Shown: positions 1-8,501 of the stretch, piece after piece
Layout of the letters: each line of letters opens with the position of its first letter
Position numbering within the stretch: position 1 is the stretch's first letter
Origin: Tenericutes bacterium ADurb.Bin087
GTDB taxonomy: Bacteria; Bacillota_I; Bacilli_A; RFN20; CAG-826
Direction: 5' to 3'
Length of the DNA: 64,000 bases
Assembly (NCBI GenBank): GCA_002070905.1
Contig: MWEF01000006.1
Span: forward strand, 1,821 to 65,820
Made by a program: the position numbers and the translations under genes
The notes under the pieces: model-generated
The model's input: only the letters and a program-made list of their open reading frames with translations
Database searches by the model: none
What the model was told of the DNA's origin: nothing

Positions 1-18
1 GGTAAATAACTTTAGAAT

Positions 19-1053
19 ATGGATTATTTTGCAATAATAAATGAAGTAAATAACCGTCTTGCACAAATTGACTTTGCGAAAATTTGGCCAGGGTTTAAGT
101 GTTTAACTTTTGCTTTTTATGATGATGAATATGCTTATTTTCATAATAAAAAAATCAAAAAACCAAAACAATTTATCGGCAATAGCGCGATCTTCTATAA
201 CGGGGAATACATCGCGATCTGGTATTTAAAAGAGCTACCAGACTATGATATTATTACGTCAAAAATTGTCCATGAAATGTTCCATGCTTATCAATTAAGC
301 AATGGTGAAAAGCGATTTCCTAATGAGTTTGAAGCGCTTATTAACTATCGGTACAACCTACTTAACCTCACAATTCGCGCTGAAGAAAATAAGATTTTAT
401 ACGAACTACTCGATAATTACAACGCCGCTAAATATGAAGAATTTTTACGCTTAAGAAAATATCGACACCTAAATTATGCAACTGAATATAACTATGAAGC
501 CGCAATTGAAACAGTTGAAGGTAGTGCCGAATATGTCGAACTAAAGGCATTAAGTTGCTTAAATATTGAAAAATATCAAACAGCGCTTGGGCAATTAAAA
601 GCGACACTTACAAATGCCGAAAACTTATTGCAAACACGGAAAGTATCTTATGCTATCGGAGCGGCAATCTTCCTTATTGTTCATAAGTTTATAAGGGAAG
701 ATATTTATACGATAAAAGATAATCGGGAACCAATCTCAAACTTACTCATTAAAAAGACAAGTTACGTCGCAGTTAATAAAGATATTAATAAAGCAATTTC
801 AAGATTATATACTGCTTATATCACTGATTATAAAGAATTAATTAGTGATACCATAACTACCAAAAAAATAGTTCTTGAGGGTAAATATAAATTGAAAGCC
901 TTTAATGTTTACGACCCAAAATATTATGAAGGTTATCTATATTCAACACATTTTATAATGTATGAAAATGACAAAAATGAAGATGTCGTCCTATATGGAA
1001 ATTTCATTGCGGTAGTTAAAGATAGTTATATTGTTCGCCTCTATCAAATTTAA
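19..1053 (+). CDS. MA-clan (gluzincin-like) metallopeptidase-like protein, function unknown
   Basis: 344-aa ORF with an HExxH motif (VHEMFHAY), followed about 80 aa later by EGSAEYVE. This is the pattern of Peptidase_MA-like domains. No signal peptide seen. Confidence 0.55.
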   Translation: MDYFAIINEVNNRLAQIDFAKIWPGFKCLTFAFYDDEYAYFHNKKIKKPKQFIGNSAIFYNGEYIAIWYLKELPDYDIITSKIVHEMFHAYQLSNGEKRFPNEFEALINYRYNLLNLTIRAEENKILYELLDNYNAAKYEEFLRLRKYRHLNYATEYNYEAAIETVEGSAEYVELKALSCLNIEKYQTALGQLKATLTNAENLLQTRKVSYAIGAAIFLIVHKFIREDIYTIKDNREPISNLLIKKTSYVAVNKDINKAISRLYTAYITDYKELISDTITTKKIVLEGKYKLKAFNVYDPKYYEGYLYSTHFIMYENDKNEDVVLYGNFIAVVKDSYIVRLYQI

Positions 1054-1128
1054 ATTATAAAAATACACAACAAAAAGTCATAATTTAACTTTATCATCAC
1101 ACTAATTTAACTTTTTACTATTTGGAGA

Positions 1129-1156
1129 TTGACAAATATAATATATGTGTTATTAT
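1129..1156 (+). promoter_or_regulatory. sigma-A type promoter for the mgtE leader
   Basis: TTGACA (1129-1134), 16-nt spacer, then TGtTATTAT with the -10 hexamer at 1151-1156. Confidence 0.5.
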
Positions 1157-1177
1157 TGCTGTGGGATTAAATAAAAT

Positions 1178-1335
1178 CCGTTAGGTGAGGCTCCTATGCA
1201 AACATAGGCTGCTGCCCAAAAATGTCTAGAGACACCAATGGGTAGAACATGGATGGTCGAATTAAGGCTCTCCACAAAGCAGCTAACTATATGTTTACGT
1301 TGTATAGTGCTAAAACTCTACGAAAACATAGTTAA
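1178..1335 (+). promoter_or_regulatory. M-box (ykoK-type) Mg2+ riboswitch
   Basis: Conserved M-box blocks are present: GTTAGGTGAGGCTCC, GCTGCTGCCCAAAAATGTC, CCAATGGGT and AGTGCTAAAACTCTACGA. It lies directly upstream of mgtE, the classical M-box target. Confidence 0.85.
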
Positions 1336-1351
1336 TCGTATTGTTTATAGC

Positions 1352-1381
1352 GCTCTCACTTAACGTGGGAGCATTTTATTT
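1352..1381 (+). terminator. intrinsic terminator / M-box expression platform
   Basis: GCTCTCAC-ttaac-GTGGGAGC hairpin followed by ATTTTATTT. It sits between the aptamer and the mgtE RBS. Confidence 0.6.
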
Positions 1382-1412
1382 ACTTCTCATTAATGTAAAG
1401 GAGGAAATTACC

Positions 1413-2717
1413 ATGCGGACATTTATTCGAAAAAAAGACAAAAAAGCATTGCTGAAACATGTCAAAAAAATGCACCCTTATGACATTGTGGAAGCGCTAA
1501 ACGAACTCACTGCCGCTGAGCAGGAGCAATTTTACACATTATTGCCTGAAGACGAAATTGGGCGAATTATTGCTTTCATGGAGCCAAAAGAGGCTGCGGA
1601 CGTCATTGATGATTTTGATTTAGCTACACAAAAGACGATTATTGATACGCTTGATCTTGATGATGCTGCCGATCTTATTGTTCATCTTGATCATGAAACT
1701 GAATTAATTAATGGTTTAGAAAATGAACAAAGTATTACTGAAGTACTTAAATATACTGAAGAAAAAGTTGGTGCCCATATGTCTGATGCGTATATTAGCC
1801 TCACTTTAGGCACCGATATTAAAATCGCTACCAAAAATGTTATTCAAAAAGCGGGTGAAGTCGATGTCATTAATCATATCTTTATTGTTGATCATGAAAA
1901 TAATTATAAAGGGACGGTCGAATTACGCGATTTAGTACGCACTAAAGCACCAGCCTTAATTGATGATATTACTGAATTTACACCATTTGCTTTCGCCACT
2001 GATGATATCGAAGAAGCGGTTCATAAAATGAAAAATTATGGGTTACATGAGATGGCTGTTGTTAGTGGTGAATTACATTTAATCGGTATTCTTACAATTG
2101 ATGATGCGATTGAGATTTATCATGAAGAATCAGTCGATGACTTTGAAAAATTATCAGCACTTCCCGATACACGCACAAAAGGGGTTATTAAGTCCGCGGC
2201 GAAAAGATTACCATGGCTGCTCTTACTCTTAGTGTTATCAATGCCGATTGCAATTGCGACAAGTCGCTTTGAAGAAGTAATAACATCCGTCGCTGTTCTT
2301 GCCCTTTTTCAACCACTGATTCTGGACGCGGGTGGGGACGTTGCGAGTCAAACACTAGCGGTTACCTTAAGATTACTTACTAAAAATCCAAAGAAAGCAC
2401 TTAAGAACGGTGGGATAGAAATACTAACTGGGATTATTAACGGAATTGGTCTTGGCATTGTCGCGGGCATTGTCTCTTTCATTATTTCGAAAGTAATTGG
2501 CATTACGGAGCCATTTAATGTTGCACTTGTCGTCTTTATTTCGCTCGCGGTTACGGTTGCAACAGGGCCCATCTTTGGTTTATTTATCCCGCTTATTTTA
2601 GATAAGATGAAAATTGATCCAGCGGTTGCTTCTAGCCCGCTTATTACTACACTAATTGATATTACGAGTGTCGTTATTTATTTTGGGGTAGCGACATTAT
2701 TATTGGGGGTGATTTAA
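1413..2717 (+). CDS. mgtE: Mg2+ transporter MgtE (copy 1)
   Basis: N-domain, tandem CBS region and 5-TM C-terminus with DPAVASSPLITTLIDITSVVIYF. ATG at 1413 is preceded by AAGGAGGA. The ORF-track start at 1341 overlaps the riboswitch terminator. Confidence 0.9.
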   Translation: MRTFIRKKDKKALLKHVKKMHPYDIVEALNELTAAEQEQFYTLLPEDEIGRIIAFMEPKEAADVIDDFDLATQKTIIDTLDLDDAADLIVHLDHETELINGLENEQSITEVLKYTEEKVGAHMSDAYISLTLGTDIKIATKNVIQKAGEVDVINHIFIVDHENNYKGTVELRDLVRTKAPALIDDITEFTPFAFATDDIEEAVHKMKNYGLHEMAVVSGELHLIGILTIDDAIEIYHEESVDDFEKLSALPDTRTKGVIKSAAKRLPWLLLLLVLSMPIAIATSRFEEVITSVAVLALFQPLILDAGGDVASQTLAVTLRLLTKNPKKALKNGGIEILTGIINGIGLGIVAGIVSFIISKVIGITEPFNVALVVFISLAVTVATGPIFGLFIPLILDKMKIDPAVASSPLITTLIDITSVVIYFGVATLLLGVI

Positions 2718-4052
2718 ATGAAAGATTTAATGATTTTAAATGATGCCCACTTAAAGAAAACACTAGCGAAAATGCATCCCTATGACATTGCCGCGAAAAT
2801 GAAAGATGCCTCAAGTGATGCTCAAATGCGTTTAATTCGTTTAATGGCATTAAATAAAACAGTTGCAGTGTTTAGCGAATTACCAAGTGCAGTTTCCCGT
2901 CACTATTTTAGTTTATTGCCAGAAGCGCAAAAGAAACAATTTTTAGAGGCATTTGAAATGGATGATTTAAAAACATTCATCACGAGTTTTGAAGATGACT
3001 ATCAAGTCTATCTCTTGAGTTTATTAGCGCCAAGTAAACAAGTAACGCTTAAGGTCTTAATGAGTTATGATCAAGAAAAGATTGCGACAATTATGAGTAC
3101 AAACTTCGTCACAATTAAAGCAAATACGACGATTAAAGACACCACTGCACATATTATAAATAGTTCAAAATACAACGATTTTGTCGATGATATCTTTGTT
3201 ATTGATGAAAATGATGCCTTAATAGGAAGTGTGACTTTAAAAGATTTAATTAGTGCGCGCGCTGATGACTCACTTGATAGTATTACTTACACAATTAACA
3301 ATTATTTAACACTCAATGACTCACTTAATGAGGGTTATAAAAAGTTTGAAAACTATGCCAAAAATGTACTCCCAGTATTAGATGGAAACCGTCATATTAT
3401 TGGAATTGTCACTGCTGATGACGTGTTAGATATCATGGTGAGCGAACATGAAGAAGATATCCATAAAATGACAGGGGTTGGTGATTACAACGAATCATCA
3501 AATGCCTTTAAGCGCTCATTTCAAAGAATGCCATGGTTAGTTATTTCCGTATTACTAAACCTAGTCATCGCCGCACTTTTATCAGTATTTGAAAAAACAC
3601 TCGTCGAAGTGATCGCGCTTATTATGTTTCAACCAATGATTTTAGGGATGGCCGGAAACATTGGAACGCAATCAATTGCGGTAACGATTTTAAAATTAAA
3701 TCAAGATGAATTAACAGGCAAACACGATGAGAAAAAACATATTGGTAAAGAATTAAGCATTGGTTTATTAAATAGTGTCGCTGTTGGCCTTGGCGGATTT
3801 CTAATCTCCTTTGCGATATTAAGTTTCATCAATATGGGTTCACATAGCCCGTTATTACTCGCCCTTACAATTGGCGTTTCACTGATGGGTGGGATGTTTG
3901 TCTCCGCCGCTGCTGGTGTTTTCATTCCGATTATTTTAGAAAAAATGAAGGTTGATCCGGCAATTGCTAGTGGTCCAATTATCTCGACATTAAACGACTT
4001 ATTTGCCTTACTAATTTATTTTGGGATTGCAACTTTAATCTTCTTGTTATAA
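2718..4052 (+). CDS. mgtE: Mg2+ transporter MgtE (copy 2, diverged paralogue)
   Basis: Same architecture as copy 1, ending DPAIASGPIISTLNDLFALLIYF. Its start codon directly abuts the stop of copy 1 (TAA ATG). Confidence 0.85.
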   Translation: MKDLMILNDAHLKKTLAKMHPYDIAAKMKDASSDAQMRLIRLMALNKTVAVFSELPSAVSRHYFSLLPEAQKKQFLEAFEMDDLKTFITSFEDDYQVYLLSLLAPSKQVTLKVLMSYDQEKIATIMSTNFVTIKANTTIKDTTAHIINSSKYNDFVDDIFVIDENDALIGSVTLKDLISARADDSLDSITYTINNYLTLNDSLNEGYKKFENYAKNVLPVLDGNRHIIGIVTADDVLDIMVSEHEEDIHKMTGVGDYNESSNAFKRSFQRMPWLVISVLLNLVIAALLSVFEKTLVEVIALIMFQPMILGMAGNIGTQSIAVTILKLNQDELTGKHDEKKHIGKELSIGLLNSVAVGLGGFLISFAILSFINMGSHSPLLLALTIGVSLMGGMFVSAAAGVFIPIILEKMKVDPAIASGPIISTLNDLFALLIYFGIATLIFLL

Positions 4053-4103
4053 GAATAAAACACAAGATTTAAAGGTTACATAATAAAAAGGCGCAACAAT
4101 CTT

Positions 4104-4133
4104 AAAGACATCGCCCACACGATGTCTTTTTTA
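4104..4133 (+). terminator. intrinsic terminator after the mgtE pair
   Basis: AAAGACATCG-cccaca-CGATGTCTTT hairpin followed by a T-run. Confidence 0.7.
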
Positions 4134-4189
4134 TATTGCCAGACAACCCATTTTTTAATACCACATTCATTATAAAGCGTACGTATTAA

Positions 4190-4198
4190 TGGTAAAAT
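4190..4198 (+). promoter_or_regulatory. extended -10 promoter element (TGgTAAAAT)
   Basis: TGnTAAAAT lies about 35 nt upstream of the ATG at 4232. GAGGGGG RBS at about 4220. Confidence 0.35.
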
Positions 4199-4231
4199 AA
4201 GCTAAATAAGAGTAGATAGAGGGGGTAAGCT

Positions 4232-5293
4232 ATGAAGATAATCCATACAGCGGACATTCATATTGATTCAAAGATGAATCGCTATGGTGGTGATAAAACT
4301 GAGCGCCGCAAAAGAGAAATAAAAAGTGCTTTTTTTCGCTTAATTGATTATGGCGTTAATCACAAAATAAACGTTATTTTGATTGCGGGCGACTTATTTG
4401 ACGCTAAAGAGCTAAAACTCTCAACCTTACGTGAAGTCTTAACAAAAATCAACAGTGCCCCCGCAATTGATTTTATATATTTAACTGGTAACCATGATGA
4501 CCCCGCGGTTTTAAATCATGAAAAATTAGGCCCGCTACCCCAAAACCTTAAAATTGTCACAAGTGAAAATAATACGTTCGAGTATGATAACTTATGTATT
4601 AAAGCCTTTGATAACTATCACGGTGACAGCTATATCAAAAACTTAAATTTTGATCCAAATAAATACAACATCTTAATGCTCCATGGCACAGAAACTGAAA
4701 TTCCTTTTAACAAGTTAAAAGGTAAAAACATTGACTACTTAGCGCTTGGCGACATTCATATCCCTGATATTAGTGCAAAAGCGTTAGATGCACGTGGGAT
4801 ATATGGTTACTCAGGGGTTTTAGAGCCACGCGGTTTTGATGAACTTGGCGAACGCGGCTTTTTCGTTTTAGAAATTGAACAAAATCGACTACTTAAACGT
4901 GAATTTATTAAAAATAATAGTCGAACATACCACGTTATTAATGTCGATATCAGTGGTTTAAATAATCGGCTTGATATTGAAATAGCAATTAATAACGCGA
5001 CTAAAAATACTAAAAGTGATGACATCGTCCGCATAATGCTAACAGGAAAATATGATTATGAATTAGTGAAGGATAAAAATGCACTGCGTGAATATTTAGA
5101 AAGCAAGTTTTATTATGCTGAACTAAAAGATGAATCAAAATTAGACATTAGCACGATTGATTTTGAAAATGAAGTATCGCTGCGCGGCGAATTCTTCCGC
5201 TTAGTGCAAAGTTCTAACTATACATCAGAGGAAAAAGAGAAATTATTAGAGTTTGGGCTAGCTGCTTTAAAAGGAGGGAAAATTGAACTATGA
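4232..5293 (+). CDS. SbcD/YhaO-like metallophosphoesterase (DNA repair exonuclease subunit)
   Basis: Calcineurin-type motifs are present: HTADIH, AGDLFD, GNHD, MLHG and GDIH. The stop overlaps the start of the SbcC-like gene by 4 nt. Confidence 0.8.
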   Translation: MKIIHTADIHIDSKMNRYGGDKTERRKREIKSAFFRLIDYGVNHKINVILIAGDLFDAKELKLSTLREVLTKINSAPAIDFIYLTGNHDDPAVLNHEKLGPLPQNLKIVTSENNTFEYDNLCIKAFDNYHGDSYIKNLNFDPNKYNILMLHGTETEIPFNKLKGKNIDYLALGDIHIPDISAKALDARGIYGYSGVLEPRGFDELGERGFFVLEIEQNRLLKREFIKNNSRTYHVINVDISGLNNRLDIEIAINNATKNTKSDDIVRIMLTGKYDYELVKDKNALREYLESKFYYAELKDESKLDISTIDFENEVSLRGEFFRLVQSSNYTSEEKEKLLEFGLAALKGGKIEL

Positions 5294-7476
5294 GAATATT
5301 AGAAATTAATATTAATAGCTTTGGTAAATTTACCAATTACACCCTCAAATTTGAAAATAATCTCACGATTATTAATGAAGATAATAGTTTTGGTAAAACA
5401 ACAATCGCCCACTTCATCAAAGCAATGTTTTTTGGGATGAAAGCACCAAAAGGCAAAGGCAAAAGATTAAACTTACCGCGTTTTAAATATTTACCATGGG
5501 GCAAAACGACGTATGGTGGAAGTCTTACCTTTATTTATAAAGGACGTACATACACTGTGACACGAACGTTTGGTGAATCACTCACTAACGATAGTATTGT
5601 TGTTAAAGACCATGCGCGTAACGTAAATATTGATGAATTAAATGACACTAAAATTACACGTGATAACTTTGGTGATATTATCTTTGGAGTAAATAGCGAT
5701 AGCTTCGAAAAATTAAACTTCATCCAACAATTAGAAGTTTTATATAGCACTGATGATAAGATTCATGACGATATCAATTTAAAATTACGCGGCTTATTTG
5801 GTCATACCGCTGAAGATAGTGATTACGCTTCTGCTAATAACATTCTTGATGACTTTATTAAAGAACTTTCGCCTAGTTTACAACGTAAAAATTCTATTTA
5901 TAATAAAACTGACCGCGAACTTAATGCAATAAATAGTCTCGTCTTTGAAGCCGAAAAAGCCCAACAATTAATTAAAGAAAACACTAATGAATTAGACGCG
6001 TTAAGAAAACAAAAAAGTGAAAACGATAAAGTAAAAGCTAAACTTGATGCTGATTTAAAATTAATTACCAATAAAAAGTTACTAGAAAAGGATCTAAATG
6101 ATTATAACGAATTACTAGCAGAAGAAACTAACCTCAATTTACAAATTAAACAAAATAAAACAATCTTCGGTGATAATGATATTGCCGACATAAATTTAAC
6201 GTATTTAGAAGCATTAAGCAATGATTTGTCGGCAAAAGAGAATGATTTTAATAAATTTAAAGATAAAACACAAGCAGAAATTAATACCTTAAATGTATCC
6301 TTATCCAAAGCAGAAAGCACGGATGTTGAAAGCTTAGTTATTAAGCGCTCACATAAGGAAATTAGTGAAAAAATAACTAAATTAAATGCTGATGTTGATT
6401 TGCTCACAAGCAAAATAAAAAAATTTACGGTTATTGATATTTTGCTAAGTATCATTACGTTAGCAATCTATTTCTTTGTGGTAAATAGTAAAAACAATAA
6501 GCTTAAACAAGAAATCGCAAACTTAAATAAAGAAATAAGTGAACTACAACAAAGACTGCAAAACTATGAACAAGAATTAGTGACTATGGCACATGAAGAT
6601 AATGGCACTAATCTAAAACTTAAAATTGCCGAACTAACCGAAAACATCAAACAAAATCAATTAACATTCGAAACTTTGAAACTTCAAGTGTTTAATGTCT
6701 ATCAAAAATATGCTGTCACAATTAACTCCGTAAGCGATGTCCATGTTGCCTATTTCAAGCTAAAAAATCATTATGAACGCCATCTTGAACTAACGAAAAA
6801 ACTGAATGACACTAAAGCGAAACTACAAAATTATGATATTGAGAGAATTAATAAGGACCTTAAAGTTTTCGCCACCCTTGATGAAGAAAAAATTACAGAT
6901 AATAAAAATGATGTAGATGCCAAAAATGCGCAATTGATTCGAACAATCACAACCTTAGAACAACAAATTGACGCGAATGAAAATTTGGCTAGCAATCTTG
7001 AAAACTATAAACTTGACCGCGATGAATTGCGCGAAACGATGCATAATTATGATATGAATCGCACTCTATTAGAAGTAGCGCAAAAATTGTTAAAACACGC
7101 TAATCAACAACTCGCAGCACGGTATTTAACACCACTTGAAAATAATGTGAATGACTTAATTAAGAAACTTAAACTTGATGGTTATGCTGTCGCGTTTGAT
7201 GGCAATTCAGAAATAAAATTAAAAGATGAGAACTCTACCGAATATTATGACTTTGCTTATTATAGTGCTGGTAGTCAAGACACCATTTCTTTTTTAGTAA
7301 GAATTGCACTTATTAATCTTGTCTACCAAGATTTAAAACCGTTTATGATTTTAGATGATACATTCGTCAATTTTGATGATAAGAAGATTAAACTTGTGCG
7401 TCCACTACTCGAAAAACTAGCCGAAAATAACCAAATTATTTACTTTACATGTTCTAGTAGCAGAGCCCTTACATAA
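5290..7476 (+). CDS. SbcC/YhaN-like coiled-coil ATPase
   Basis: N-terminal P-loop (NSFGKTT), long K/E/N-rich coiled coil, C-terminal signature-like SAGSQD and Walker B FMILDD. Translationally coupled to the SbcD-like gene. Confidence 0.75.
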   Translation: MRILEININSFGKFTNYTLKFENNLTIINEDNSFGKTTIAHFIKAMFFGMKAPKGKGKRLNLPRFKYLPWGKTTYGGSLTFIYKGRTYTVTRTFGESLTNDSIVVKDHARNVNIDELNDTKITRDNFGDIIFGVNSDSFEKLNFIQQLEVLYSTDDKIHDDINLKLRGLFGHTAEDSDYASANNILDDFIKELSPSLQRKNSIYNKTDRELNAINSLVFEAEKAQQLIKENTNELDALRKQKSENDKVKAKLDADLKLITNKKLLEKDLNDYNELLAEETNLNLQIKQNKTIFGDNDIADINLTYLEALSNDLSAKENDFNKFKDKTQAEINTLNVSLSKAESTDVESLVIKRSHKEISEKITKLNADVDLLTSKIKKFTVIDILLSIITLAIYFFVVNSKNNKLKQEIANLNKEISELQQRLQNYEQELVTMAHEDNGTNLKLKIAELTENIKQNQLTFETLKLQVFNVYQKYAVTINSVSDVHVAYFKLKNHYERHLELTKKLNDTKAKLQNYDIERINKDLKVFATLDEEKITDNKNDVDAKNAQLIRTITTLEQQIDANENLASNLENYKLDRDELRETMHNYDMNRTLLEVAQKLLKHANQQLAARYLTPLENNVNDLIKKLKLDGYAVAFDGNSEIKLKDENSTEYYDFAYYSAGSQDTISFLVRIALINLVYQDLKPFMILDDTFVNFDDKKIKLVRPLLEKLAENNQIIYFTCSSSRALT

Positions 7477-7534
7477 GCTCACACTGCGACTATTTTAGTT
7501 ACAAGTAATATTGCAAGTATTAGCGTTTTAAAAT

Positions 7535-7543
7535 TGTTATAAT
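7535..7543 (+). promoter_or_regulatory. extended -10 promoter (TGtTATAAT) placed 8 nt before the ATG
   Basis: TG at 7535-7536, TATAAT at 7538-7543 and ATG at 7552, with no Shine-Dalgarno in between. Confidence 0.4.
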
Positions 7544-7551
7544 TACGAAGT

Positions 7552-8283
7552 ATGTCAGAAGCAAAAGCACCAAAAAAATTCCGCATTGATAAAACATTTA
7601 TCATCAAACTGATTATTTATGTTTTAGGCATTGTTCTTGTTGGGCTAGGTGTGCAAATTATTATTTATACGAATGTTGGAACAGCACCAATTGATGCGAT
7701 GAATTATTACTTAGCGCGCATCTATTTACAATTATTTAACAACAATGATTTTAGCACGCTAAAAACAACAATCGGTGTTGCTTCATTAGCGTTTGGAACG
7801 TTAACTGTCGTTGTTCTTTTCCTCATTACAAAAAATAAAGCACTAATCTTTACGTGGTTCAATATCTTTATTGTTTCACTAGTAATCTCCTTATGGGGTT
7901 TACTGTTTGATACTTTTGCGCCACTTGCAACTAGTTTCTTTATTACTGCACTAATTGCCCTTTTAGGGATAATCATTGTTGCTTTTGGTGTCTTTTTAGT
8001 GTTAGTAACTGAATTCCCAGCAGGACCACCCGAAGAAATAATGCGCCTGATTAATAAAAAGGCCAATAACTTACTTGTCGCTAAACTTTTAACCGAAACA
8101 TTTTATTTAGTGCTTGCTTTTATCGCGATGATTATCTCAATCACGATTATTGATGGTAATGGCCTAGAGTTTACCCAGGTTGGTGTATTCACTTTAATTA
8201 CGCTCGTTTTGACATCACTCTTTGTATCATTATTTGATTTCTTATATCGAAAAATCACAACGAAAAAAGTAGTGTCCGCATGA
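7552..8283 (+). CDS. polytopic membrane protein, YczE-like (uncertain family)
   Basis: 243 aa with about 6 hydrophobic helices. The GLGVQIIIYTNVGTAPIDA motif resembles YczE-type proteins (from memory). Confidence 0.45.
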   Translation: MSEAKAPKKFRIDKTFIIKLIIYVLGIVLVGLGVQIIIYTNVGTAPIDAMNYYLARIYLQLFNNNDFSTLKTTIGVASLAFGTLTVVVLFLITKNKALIFTWFNIFIVSLVISLWGLLFDTFAPLATSFFITALIALLGIIIVAFGVFLVLVTEFPAGPPEEIMRLINKKANNLLVAKLLTETFYLVLAFIAMIISITIIDGNGLEFTQVGVFTLITLVLTSLFVSLFDFLYRKITTKKVVSA

Positions 8284-8297
8284 AGCGGACTTTTTTC
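8274..8297 (+). terminator. intrinsic terminator overlapping the stop codon
   Basis: GTCCGC-atga-GCGGAC hairpin followed by TTTTTT. The TGA stop lies in the loop region. Confidence 0.75.
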
Positions 8298-8319
8298 TAG
8301 TAAAAGCCGCAGAAAAGCA

Positions 8320-8348
8320 TTGACTAAAAGTATTATATCTATTAAGAT
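8320..8348 (+). promoter_or_regulatory. sigma-A type promoter for the c-di-AMP riboswitch leader
   Basis: TTGACT (8320-8325), 17-nt spacer, TAAGAT (8343-8348). Confidence 0.5.
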
Positions 8349-8352
8349 ATAA

Positions 8353-8462
8353 GGGACTCCGAATCCTAAGAGTGGGGGACCCAATAGTTAATTGGGGTGA
8401 ATCAATTATAATTGTAAGGATATTCTTAATGTCCTGAACCCGACAGCTAACCTCATAGGAGT
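8353..8462 (+). promoter_or_regulatory. ydaO/yuaA-type c-di-AMP riboswitch
   Basis: Conserved blocks are present: GTGGGGGACCCA, GGGGTGAATC and CCTGAACCCGACAGCTAACCTCATAGGAGT. ACTCC (8356-8360) can close with GGAGT (8457-8461). It sits upstream of a cation transporter. Confidence 0.8.
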
Positions 8463-8501
8463 AATTAAGAACATTAATTATTTTTATGAGAGGAGAATAT
8501 T

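Noticed and set aside
1341-1412. ORF-track 5' extension of mgtE (start at 1341).
   Set aside because: This stretch contains the M-box terminator hairpin and T-run (1352-1381). The ATG at 1413 has a perfect AAGGAGGA RBS, so the extension is non-coding leader.
4232-7476. SbcD/SbcC-like pair as a phage-defence module (Lamassu-, Gabija- or OLD-like).
   Set aside because: The architecture (calcineurin-type nuclease plus coiled-coil ATPase with a 4-nt overlap) matches the conserved housekeeping YhaO/YhaN (SbcCD-like) pair of Firmicutes. No effector or extra small subunit is present.
8281-8283. Possibility that the sequence uses the Mycoplasma/Spiroplasma code (TGA = Trp).
   Set aside because: TGA closes well-defined ORFs (here directly inside a terminator hairpin), and Trp positions in conserved proteins such as enolase are TGG. 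The standard bacterial code fits.
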